Shown in pieces: positions 1 through 11,750 of a stretch of 64,000 nt of DNA. Within the stretch, counting starts at the first letter, position 1. Each line of letters begins with the position of its first letter. The position numbers were made by a program, and so were the translations under genes. Below the pieces are notes generated by a model, which saw only the letters and a program-made list of their open reading frames with translations, was not told where the DNA came from and searched no databases. The stretch is from Felis catus (lineage: Eukaryota), in contig NC_058368.1 of the NCBI RefSeq assembly GCF_018350175.1, forward strand, positions 139,378,001-139,442,000, read 5' to 3'.

Positions 1-1149
1 ATCTACCACTAGCATTTCTGTTTCGGGGACCTTTTTACACGAGGAAACCTAATTTTTGTTTTGTTCTGTTTAGTCATTTCGTAACAGTTAATGTGTAGGC
101 ATAATGAGCAGAGAACAAAAATGCTGTGCTGAGGTGAAGATGTTGGGTGATTGGCAAGTCTCACCCACCAGCTGGGTAACTTGTCTCACCACTTCCTGGC
201 CTCCGGCTTTGAAGGACATGACCCAACTTCATATCTCAGCCAGCCTGCCAGACGTCATGGAACTTTAAGGTGTCTTGTGAAAATCTAAAAACAGAAATGT
301 TAACTGCTTTTACTTTTAGAAATACCACTATTTACATTACAGCTTCAAATGTTTGCATCTGCCGTTCCTACTTTAAAGTCCCTGGCAAAGTAGCCTAAAT
401 GAAAGAATGTGAAGTAACAAATATGTCCAAGGAATTTAAGGTTGACCATGCAGCCTGTACTCAGGGCTTAAATAGAGACTGAGGCAAGCTAATCTGACAT
501 GGCCTCAAATTCTGTTCCTCTTATTTAGGTCCATAAAAGAATTATGGACGTGAGAACGTTATGATTAAGTTTAAGCAGAAGCTTACTGTATTTCTTGGCT
601 TTAACAAGTTTAAGAATGATATAGCCCTGGTATCCTTCTGTGAAATAGGCTTCAACATAAATGTGCTGAGGAGAAATAGGAGAGGGTGTCCAAAGAAATA
701 CACATGGTGGGTATGTGCTGTTATTCCTCATGGAACTGAGAATCCAAAGGGACTTAAAAGTCCAGGTCCTCTGGGCACATGCATTCATTTAAAAACAACA
801 GGACAGTTTCCCATGAAAATTGAGTTTGGGCAATATTTCAGATGAATAAGCTTTACTCATTCTTTGCACTGGAACTCCCTAGATTGAGAAAGAGAGAGCC
901 CAAGAACAGATACCAATGTGTTCATATTGCAACTCATCCAGTAAGACTGCTGCATTCCATTTGCCACTTATGTCTCCGTCTGCCATGACTACCTGTCATT
1001 CACTGAAGTGAGCAAATACTGACTCCCTCAGAGTGTGTAGGAGGAAGGAGTCGATACGGTCGTCATCACTCAAAATGATGTCAATACTCTTGTAATCATT
1101 TTGTATATATATAATCAGGCAAATACTTTTGGTTGAGAGAGAGGAAATA

Positions 1150-1390
1150 GATGGTAGCTGACAGCATGAGTTCTGAAGCCAGATTATTAGGTTTGAATCC
1201 CAGCTTTACCACTTGGTAGCTGTGTGACTTTGGGCCAAGTTACTTCATTCTGTCCCTCAGTTTCCTTATTTGTAAAACGGGAATAATATCTCTGCCTCAT
1301 AGGGTGTGGTGAGGATTAAATGAGTTATTACATTGAAAGTGGTTAACAATGACTGGTACATATTAAGTGTTCAATAAATATTGCTCTTAG
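1150..1390 (+). mobile_element. MIR SINE
   Basis: GGTTTGAATCCCAGCTTTACCACTTGGTAGCTGTGTGACTTTGGGCCAAGTTACTT...CTCAGTTTCCTTATTTGTAAAACGGGAATAATA core. Confidence 0.85.
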
Positions 1391-2164
1391 CCCAACTCTT
1401 ACCCCTCACACATATGTTTGGTGTTTTTGTTGGTTTGTTTTACTGACAGATTCTGGAATCCGTACAACGGACTACTCTCCTGCACATGGGCAAATCCTTT
1501 TTCCTCTCAACCAATCAAGTTAATCCTACTTCCCAGGCCAGTGACTAGTTTACAAATGGGCAGATGGTATAATTCTAGCCAATGAGACACAATGTACCGG
1601 GGTGGTCGTGGTGCTCGGAAAAGATGTGCATTGGAAGAAAGTTATTTCTGTTCTTCTTCTAATGAGGCTGTTTCTACATGTACACCTCCTGTAATAGCCC
1701 AGCCATCTTGGCACTGTGAAGGGAGCTGGAAGAAAGATGGAAACAATGTTGAGTTGAAGAATTAATGAAGTCTAAAGTTTCTACCTCTGGACTCATTACA
1801 GGAAATAAATTTTCCTTATTGTTTAAGCCATTTTTGAGTAGAGTTTTCTATTATTGTACCTGAAACCTTCTAACTGGTTGATATTTCTTGAGCATCTAGT
1901 ATGTTTGAGATATTTTATGGAAATAAGGTATAAATCTCTAAGCCTGATATCAACAAGTTTTCCAGCTATTTGCAGGGAGATGAACTATGAGAACGAATAA
2001 CACCAAGCTGTAAATATTCGGTGCTTGGATCAGGGTGGTCTGAGAAAGCAATACATGAGGTCATATATGAGGAGAGGGCTCAAAGAGTAAAGAACACATA
2101 GATGGGCAGAAGAGAGAGGGAATATTCTAGGTAGTATAAACAAATGTATGGGAGAGTTAGGGAT

Positions 2165-2763
2165 TGCATTAACTTGCTCAGAGCGCCATTACAGAATACC
2201 ACAAACTGGGTGGCTTGAACAACAAAAAGTTACTTCTCATAGTTCTGGAGTGTAGAGATCCAAGATCAAGGATTCAGCAGTGTTGATTTCATTCTGAGCC
2301 CTCTGTCCTTGGTTTGCAGATGGCTGCCTTCTTGCTGTGACTCACATAGTCTTTAAAAAAAATTTATTTTTAATGTTTGAGAGAGAGAGAATGAGCAGGA
2401 GAGTGGCAGAGGGAGAGGGAGAAACAGAATCCGAAGCAGGCTCCAGGATCTGTGCCGTCAGCACAGAGCCTGATGCGGGGCTCGAACCCATGAACGGCAA
2501 GACCAAAGTTGGGCGCCCAACTGAGCCACCCAGGCGCCCCTCACATTATCTTTTATTTGTACATGTGCATCTCTGTTATCCCTCAATGTGTCCACATTTC
2601 TTCATAGAAGTACAAGAGATTGTATGAAGACCTACCTTACTGCCATATTTTAATTTAATCACCTCTTTAAAGGCCCTATTTCCACATATAGTCACATTTT
2701 GAGGTCTCAGGGGTTAGGACTTCAACATATGAATTTTGAGGAGACACAATCCAGCCTATAATA
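2165..2763 (-). mobile_element. MLT1-family (ERVL-MaLR) solo LTR, interrupted by a SINE
   Basis: CAGAATACCACAAACTGGGTGGCTTGAACAACA...GTTCTGGAG...GGGGTTAGGACTTCAACATATGAATTTTGAGG. Confidence 0.8.
2355..2540 (-). mobile_element. Can-SINE inserted in an MLT1 LTR
   Basis: Ends CTGAGCCACCCAGGCGCCCC; imperfect TSD CTCACAT..TCTTT. Confidence 0.9.
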
Positions 2764-4185
2764 GGGACAAAGAAAGAATGACTTGCTTTTAATAGTGAGT
2801 CAAGGACTGGAGATTATTGGCAGATGAAGCTCGAAGGTTATGTTAGGACCGGAGAGTGGGGGGACTGGAATGTTGGGCATAGATTTTACTCTTGCAGCAG
2901 CAGGGAAGGAAAAGAGATCTTTAAGAATAATTTGGCACACTGTGCATGTTTTATAAAGAACTGGGTGAGGGAAATGGGGTAGGATTGCTGTTGCACATAG
3001 TCTAGCTATGCACTGATAAAATTACTGAACTCAGGGAAGTAAGGTGGAGGGAAATGAACGAAAGAGAAATTGAGAAAAGAACAAGATGTATGCTTGGACA
3101 TTCCCAGCAACCAGACCCGTGGAGTCTGTGCCATAGTAATTCAACTCATAAAAAGAAATATGATTTTATCATAATAGGATTGTGAGGTCTGGGACATTGT
3201 GGTTCCAGCTTCCCAACAGGACTGACTCCCTGTCTGAAAGGGAATAGGCTTCTTTGTTGAGTATGGAGTATCCTAGAGGTGGTCAAGAAGTTAATGTTAT
3301 AGAAAGGATACAAATATCAGGTAGAAGACTGGATTGTTAGCTATTCTTGGAGGTCCCATACATGGCTTAAGGCCAGAAGCTTGAGGGCTTCATTTAGGCC
3401 TCAAAATAGCCAAAACATCTAGCAAACACTCCACACTGTTGTTTTCTCACGGGGATGATCTGGGGTATCCACAGCTCTCTGAACTCCAGACCCTTTGGTT
3501 GTTTAGTTTGGACGAGACTCAGCATGCCTCAAGGGCACTGGGGATTATGTTAGTTACCAGCTGGTAGATACATTCTTAATGGGCTTAGAAAATTAAGTTT
3601 AAGAATTTGACCATTAAGATGAAAACTCAGAATTTTAAGTTCTTGTACTATCAACTTAGAATGTATGACTTTTGTAAATTGTAATCACTAAACAAAATAC
3701 CTGCTTAAGTTATTCTTTAAAAACTTTTTTTAAGTTTCAAAAGAAGCATGTGTTGGTTTTTTTTTAAGTTGAATCTACACTGCAAAAGCATCCTTCCACC
3801 CTTCCCAGTCCAACTCTCTTAAGGGCAGACACTACAAATTGTTTTCTTTCTGGCATTCCAGAGCTTTTACTCGACATACCTGCACCCCCCCCATGCTCAT
3901 TATCTACAAGTACACATTTCATGACTCATCAAGTATATGTCACACACATAATATAAATACATGCATATTTATTGGCTATAAAAATTATATACACACTCAA
4001 AGGCACATTTTTTATTCAACACAATCAGGACTTGCATTAACCACTACCTATCAACGTGAATTTTTTTCATTTATATATATAATTTCTCATGTTAGTACAT
4101 ATATTTGCAAATGAGTCATGTTTTAAACATTTCCTTAAATAACAAAAGCCAAATAGGCCACCTCATGTACATTATTCAAGATTTA

Positions 4186-4640
4186 GGGGCACCTGGGTGG
4201 CTCAGTTCATTAAGCGTCTCTTGGTTTCAGCTCCGGTCATGATCTTACGGTTTCATTAGTTTGAGCCCCACATTGAGCTTGGGATTCTCTCTCTCCTTCT
4301 CTGTCCCTCCCCCACTCACTCTGTCTCTCTCTCATAATAAACGAATAAACTTAAAAAAAAAAATTTACAAAAATAGGGAGGCCTGGGTAGCTCAGTCGGT
4401 TAAGCATCTGGCTCTTGATTTCAGCTCAGGTCATGATCTCACAGTTTGTGACATCAAGCCCTGTGTTGGGCTCAGCGTGGAGTGTGGAGCCTGCTTGGGA
4501 TTTTCTCTCTCCACCGCCCCTCCCCCCTCCCCACCATTCCCCTGCTTGCGTGATCTCTCTCAAAATAAATGAATGAATGAATGAATGAATGAATGAATAA
4601 ATAAATAAATAAATAAACAAACAAACAAACAAACATTAAC
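4186..4640 (+). mobile_element. Two tandem older Can-SINEs (4186-4363, 4376-4640); the second tail is expanded to (GAAT)n(AAAT)n(AAAC)n
   Basis: Two tRNA-derived heads (GGGGCACCTGGGTGGCTCAG, GGGAGGCCTGGGTAGCTCAG), each with a CT tract and tail. Confidence 0.9.
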
Positions 4641-5233
4641 AAAATTCTATAATGTTAAAAAAAAGAATTAGAAAAATATGGTAATCTGAAGAAATGATAA
4701 TAGCGTAAGAAACTTGTTAGTTCTCAAATATTAAGACATGTAGGGGTATTCTAACCTGAACATTTTCAATGGACTCTCACAAGAAGAAAAATGATCCAAG
4801 ATGTCTTTACACTTTTATTAATATGCAAACCTTTCCAGGTGCTTCCTTTTCAGATATTTAAAATTTTTACTTGAACAAGAACACACGCATAGTACGCATT
4901 TCAAAAGGTGCCAAAGAGCACATGTGGTTCAGAGTCCCCCTTTCTTCTCAGTTCACTAGCCCCACGATTTTTCTTCCCACAGACAACTGTTAACCAGTTT
5001 CCCATGTATTCTAAAGATATTTATGACTCTATACATTTAAAATAAGAAAATATCAAAAAAGCAAGATTGTATCTCCCAAAGTCTAACACTTATGAGAGTA
5101 ATTTTTATCACAGTTTGGTTCCTCTACCCAGATGACTCAAGCCACGGAGTCAAAAAGCTTCTTTGGGTGCCTAGGTTAATGACAGATAGGCAAAGAATAA
5201 GATGGCAATCACAGGATTAAGATAGACCCTTGA

Positions 5234-5606
5234 GGGGTGCCTCGATGGCTTACTGGTTGAGTTGGACTCTTGATTTTGGCTCAGGTCATGATCCCAGGGG
5301 CAGGAGATTGAGCCCTGTGTTGGGCTCTGCACTGGTGTGGAGCCTGCCCAAGATTCTCTCTCATTCTGTCTCCTTTGTCCTTCCCTCATGCACACATGCA
5401 TCCTCTCTCAAAAAGACAGACAGACCCTTGAGAACTCTTGCCAAGTTTCTTTTAAATTTATTCAGGGGAGGGGGGGACAGAGAAAGAGAGAGAATCCCAA
5501 GTAGGCTCTGTACTGACATGGTGGCTCTATCTAAGGGATCCTGAGATCATGACCTGAGCAGAAATCAAGAGTCAGATGTTCAACCAATGTGCCATCCAGG
5601 TGCTCC
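5234..5606. mobile_element. Two older Can-SINEs, tail-to-tail (5234-5414 plus, 5455-5606 minus)
   Basis: Diverged heads; TSDs AGACCCTTGAG and CCAAGTTTCT. Confidence 0.85.
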
Positions 5607-6058
5607 CCAAGTTTCTCTTATAAAAATCTTTCTTACAAAAAAAAATAAAAATCTTCTTGACAATGTAGCAAAAGGTTAAGTATATCCTATTTAAAATAAT
5701 CAGCCACCAAATCAACATTTGATTCATTTTTTGTTCTAAGACTTACCATAGTTACAGTTTTATCTATGCTAAATTTTATGAAATTTAAAATAAACCTCTT
5801 TCATAATTTTATATTTTGGTCACAAGATAAGTTCCAAAGTAAATGGGGGAAGGTACCAGGACATTAAGTTCTTATTTTAAGTAGATACACTTTAGCCTGG
5901 CCTTTTCAGGACCATTTATCAATCTTTTTTTAATCCTTACTTCCCTTTAGTTAACTGTTATTTATACAAAGGTAGAAGTATTGACTGAAAGATGAGTTTT
6001 ACATTTATGTTAATAAAAAGAAAGCCAGAGATTCAATGCGGTTTAATTCAAAAATGCC

Positions 6059-6064
6059 TTTATT
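6059..6064 (-). terminator. Probable ANKRD31 polyadenylation signal AATAAA (3' UTR about 200 nt)
   Basis: TTTATT on the plus strand 195 nt past the stop codon, with T-rich sequence downstream on the minus strand. Confidence 0.6.
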
Positions 6065-6258
6065 ACAATGGCAAAAAAGTATTTTATCTAACTACAATAG
6101 TTTGAGCTCTATTTTTTCTTACAATAGTAAACACACATCTTAAGTAGCAACTCATAAAGTGTGTATTAAAATAGGCCCTCCGGCCCTTATAAGATAAAAT
6201 ATGAATGTGGCTTAATAATATGAACAAATACCTATTAAATTATTAAGAAAACAAGGTT

Positions 6259-6404
6259 TTAGAATGTTAGCTCTTCGCATTCCACATAGAACTTCCAATG
6301 TTGATCCATTATATGACATGGGAGAAATTCTTGATCGCTGATTAATAGAACTTCTTTTATTTGTAGATAATGTGGGATGCTTTGCATTGACTCTCTGGAA
6401 GTTC
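6259..6404 (-). CDS. ANKRD31: ANKRD31 terminal coding exon ([48 protein letters not shown]), REC114-binding C-terminal segment
   Basis: Acceptor TTTAAATAG|GAACT, TAA at 6259-6261. The ANKRD31 extreme C-terminus is known to bind the REC114 PH domain. Confidence 0.93.
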
Positions 6405-9400
6405 CTATTTAAAGAAGAACCGACAAATTAAACCCTATTTTAAAAAAAATAGTATTTAAATTTGCTTATTACAAATCTTAGACCCTAGTCAAGTCTACTG
6501 AGCACAAAATTAGATTTCTGACCAAGTCATAATTCACTCACTCCATTTTCCATACCCAAGATAAAGCTATAAATCAGCTTTGACTTCTTGGGAAAAAGAA
6601 GCCTATCTGCAGTATAAAACACCAAGGCAAGAAAAGGATGACTGCAGCTTCTGAAGGTGGTTATATAAACCCCTCTGTGCCATAATTTCCAGTAAACTGA
6701 GAATGAAACAGAAGTGAGGACTAAATGGGCTAATGCATGTCAAATGACTGGCTACTGAGTAGCATATAGCAAATACTCAATAAATATAAGCTGCTATTAT
6801 TATCGTTATTTCTTACTGAAAATAGTATTAGGCTGGAAGACAGATAATCAGTTTTCTAGGCCACACGAACTTGTGTTGTCTCATGCAAGTTTTATGGCTT
6901 CTCCGGCCCAGTACAACTCGGAAAATAGCCACAGTGTGAACATTTGGCTCTTCTCGTTCCTCCTCGTCCCCAAAAAAGACCGCACAGCTAACTAATGAAC
7001 CATTCTACTCATGCAAGAAGTAGGAAGAAACCCATTTTCCTCAGGCGAGATCACCAAATATTAGATATTCTGCACAAGTCTCCTTAAACTGAATTGCTAG
7101 CTTCATCACTAGGCAAAAGGAGAGGCCCATGCACCTATTCATGTTATCTAGTGGCCTAAATTAGCACTTCAAAATGACAAGCTAATTAGTTAGGTTAAAA
7201 ATAATTTTAACTTTTACTTTTCTTTCTCCTGTAACATTTTAAAAAATTCCCTTAATAGATCGTAAGTAAAAATAATCAGACTCATTATTTTAACTGATAG
7301 TTCACTCCTCAAACATCACTAACCTACGTACTCCTTTCATTCAACCCATGTTACCTCTCTGGTTCTCAGTTTCATCATCTGTAAAATAGGTCCAAGACTA
7401 GATGATATAGAAATTTCACTTCTTTGCTTACTCTAGTTATAAATGGAAATGAATATATATATATATCATTTTCCCTTTGATTGGAATTATACTTCTTGTT
7501 CAGAAGTGTGTATATATATACATACACATTCTCATTCTGAACAAGAAGTATAATTCCAGTCAAAGGGAAAATGATTAGGAATTATTTTAATAGATTGTAA
7601 AAGTACATCTGCTATAGTTACACTGGGGAAAAAGTCAATTACAGCTATTTAAATACAAAATTCAATGCCTTTTTAAAATAAAAGGATTCTAAAGGCTAAA
7701 CATGGTGGTAGAGTATTAGGTGATTTGATATTTAAAACTAAATTAATAGTATGAGATAGATTTATATTGATAAGATCAAAAGCCATCTGTGAAAACTATA
7801 CTGGAATCAAGAAACAGACTTGGACATTATATTTTGAAGTTTAAATTATTTAAGCCCTTTCTTTATGGGAAAATAAATTTTATACGTGGTTTCTTAAGCT
7901 GAACTGGGTTTGAGACAGTTGACTTTATATGTAAAGCGTTCATGTTTTTTTCTGTGTTGTACAGACATCAGGTCTGGAGTTTTACTAATAAGAAACTCAT
8001 CAAAGGCCTAAGGTATGTAAAACAATCTGGCAGAGGGCCTGGCACACGGCAGGTGCTCAACACATAAATTAGTTTTCTTCTCTTTCCTCCCCTATCAGTG
8101 GATATATATCCTCCACTTTAAGAATTAGGTCAAAGTTAATCATGATACTAGGATGAAAAAAATTATGATTAAAAGTAATGAAAAACAATCAAGAATCATC
8201 AACAGGAGCTGAAATAAACACCTTCTGCTCTGTTATCAGACACCCATCTTCCTTAGGTGTTTAAGTTTGAAGAAGTTCTTAACCACATAAAACAGAAGCA
8301 CCTGTGAATGTTTGTGCTCTCTCTGTTACACATACTTTTACAGAGCAATGAAGCACAGTAATAGCACTGGAACGAACAAAACACTTTCTTTAAAGTAATT
8401 TATTTACAACATATTATCAGTAGGTCAAGGACAGTTTTTAGCAAAATCAAAAAAGAGTATCTTTTTTTTCTGAAAAAGCATGTTCTATTTTCAAATGAAG
8501 AAATGATGAAAGAAAATGATATAATTAATATGCATTAAATGATGGCTTGGGAAAAGAAAGACTTCAGGAGATACTCTTTTTTTCTTAGATGAATACATTT
8601 GACATAATTTTCTTTGAGTGTTTTACTACTGTGCTGACAGGGGACATAGATATATATAAGTAAGATTCACTTTCTGAGTAAATAATGAATTGTGATCTGC
8701 ATTAACAGATTTTTTTTTTAAGTACTGTAAAAAAGATTGATATGTTTGTACACAGTGATCACAAATTATGTAGAAGTTTGGGAATGTTCATTTTTTCCTT
8801 CCAATTTATTCTGAAATATCAGTGAAGATTTCCTCAATAACACAGAAGAGAAACTACAGCCAAGTAGGCAGAGGCTTAGGAGGAAGTTGTGAAATTTCAA
8901 GGGAAAATGCACCATAGATTCACTCCATCTTATAGCTTCTAAGGACTTTAGTGATATATATATATCAGGATTTCACCAACATAATTTCATTTTTTAAGGC
9001 TGGTGTTTGATTAAAATCTTTAAAAAAAAATTTTTTTTTTTACATTTATTTATTTTTGAGAGACAGAGCCAGACAAAGTGAGAGTGGGGGAGGGGCAGAG
9101 AGAGAGGGAGACACAGGATCTAAAGCAGGCTCCAGGCTCTGAGCTGCCAGCACAGAGCCCGACACAGGGCTTGAACTCATGGAGGGCGAGATCATGACCT
9201 GAGCCGAAGTCGGACACTCAACCGACTGAGCCACCCAGGTGCCCCTGATTAAAATCTTTAATTACAAATAGCATATACCTTCAAATCTGTTATTGTACCA
9301 CATTCTAGCACTCTGGAGTCCACCAACACATTCACCTGAGTTACCAACTTGACTAGTTTTTGTGCAGGACTAAGAATAAAGCTCTTCCATCATCTCTGAT

Positions 9401-11687
9401 TCATTGGATAAAGTCTCAAAACAACAAGATTAAAAACTTTTATCACTAATCTTCGTGACTCAGGATTTTTTTTTTTTTTTGAGAGAAAGAGAGAGGGATT
9501 GAGTATGCGTGTGCCCAAGTGGGAGTGGGAGAGGGACAGAGAGACTGGGAGACAGAGAATCCCGACACTGGACTCGATCTTATGACCGAAATCATGACCT
9601 GAGCTGAAATCAAGAGTCAGATGCTTAATCAAATGAGCCACCCAGGAGCCCCTAGGATATTCTTGATACCATGATTCCAAATGATATGAAGAAATAAATT
9701 AGTTATTGAGTTTGCTATTTGTCCCATGAAATGCTGACATCATCTGATTAAAGAGGTTTAGGAAATGTTACCAAAACTAAACAGATTTATTATTTATCAT
9801 GAAGAGGGGGAAGTAGAAGGATATAGCTCTCTTTTAAGTATCTGGTTGAAAAAATGTGAAGGGCCATTAGTCTTCTATCTCACAGTCAGATGTCGAAAAT
9901 TCAGATAAAGGAGATAATATTACCTAACCGAAATCCTATTTACAATCTGTTGAATTCTTCACAACAAATTCCATTAAGCCTGTGAGATCTAGGCATGTCT
10001 ACTTCTTAGGACAGTCAATCACAAGTAAATTCAGTTTTAAATCAGCAGTCCTTTGGATCATATTCATGTATCCATTAATTCATTATTATTTGATGAACAT
10101 TATTCAATGAACATTTACTGGCAAGCTATTGTGCTAGTCTTTGGGGAATATAATAAGGAGAAAAACCCCAGAAAAGTCTCTCTGAACTCAAAGATCTCAG
10201 TCCATCAGGGGGTTAAGATTAGGTAGCCAGCAATTATTTATAATATAGAGTGCTGGGGCACCTGGGTGGCTCAGTCAGTTGGGCGTCCGACTTTGGCTCA
10301 GGTCACGATCTCACGGTTTGTGAGTTTGAGCTCCGCGTCAGGCTCTGTGCTGACAGCTCAGGGCCTGGAGCCTGCTATGGATTCTGTGTCTCCCTCTCTC
10401 TCTGCCCCTCCCCTGCTCATGCTCTGTCTCTCTCTTTCTCTCTCCATAATGAATAAATGTTAAAAAAAAATTTATAATATAGTGTTATGCATAAAATTTG
10501 ACCATCTATTTGCACAACAGTATGTAAGAATCTATATAGTTCTTATAGAGAACGAACTGATGGTTACCAGAGGGCAGATGGGTGGAGGGATGTGTTAAAA
10601 GGTGGCAGGGATTAAGGAGGGTACTTGTGATGAGCACCACGTGTTGTATGGGAGTGCTGAATCACTATGTTGTACACTTGAAACTAATACTACACTGTAT
10701 GTCAACTAATTGGAATTTAAATAAAAACTTTAAAAAAAGTAAATGAAATTGGAGAGTTTCTCTTTTTTTTACCTTGTCCAAATTTCATTTTTTCCAACAC
10801 CTATTTGCTTGGTTCCTATACTAGGTCATCTAAACAAGGCGCATCTGGAAGTCAAAGGGAGTGCTACTAATAAATTTGCTGGATTAAGGACTGCCCTGGC
10901 CCAGCTGGGATGCATAATCACCCTAGGTCTGGGAAATGTAAATAGGTCTTCCTAATTTCCTTACTCCCAGAAAGCACTATTCTGAAGAGTGTGACCATTA
11001 AAAAGTGTAGAGAACAGATTATGTTCATGATACGAAGCAGGCTGATGAAATCTGTAAGGCCTTGTTTTTCCTTCAAACTTTGTGTATCCTAGAATGTCAG
11101 ATCCACAATTTCCATGACATTTTGATATGCAAAAGAGGGAAAAAGATTTTCTCTTCAATGGTTGGCTTGTAATAAGGTTATAGAGTTTACATTTTTCTAA
11201 TCTGCCAGGTTGTTGGATTTCTGTCAGGTACTACAAAACCAGGTACAGAAGAGTCCTAAATTAAAGAGGTTCAAATAAAGTTCCAACAGCAGCCTACAGA
11301 ATGCCAGCAGAGACCTGAAGCATCCTAGGCCCATATCGGCACTCCATAGTTCTCAAATTAGCATTGACACTGTGTGAAATATCTAAAGGAAAGAAAATTC
11401 AGTATTTCTGTAAACAGTGTTTACGATTTAGAAATTTGTTTATATTGCAGGCAACAGAAGCAGCAGTTCAGAACCCATTTTTTATTTCATGCTCACTTAG
11501 CAGGGGAACCATGAGCCCTCTGAGGAAGGAGAGAAATGGCTAGGGTTGGAAATGCCTGCCTAGAGCTAAGAAACCTGAGGAGCAGGTAACTTCTGTGAAA
11601 TAGGAAATAGGGAAGATGCTGTATTTCTGCTCTAATTCTTGAGGTTAGATAGAAACCAGGAGGATAAAGGGTTTGCTTGACTTTCCT

Positions 11688-11750
<63 letters not shown>

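Noticed and set aside
1..6000. A second gene (for example GCNT4) or coding ORFs at 525-845
   Set aside because: No recognisable protein motif, CpG island or phase-consistent exons; the region reads as intergenic with MIR, MLT and SINE relics.
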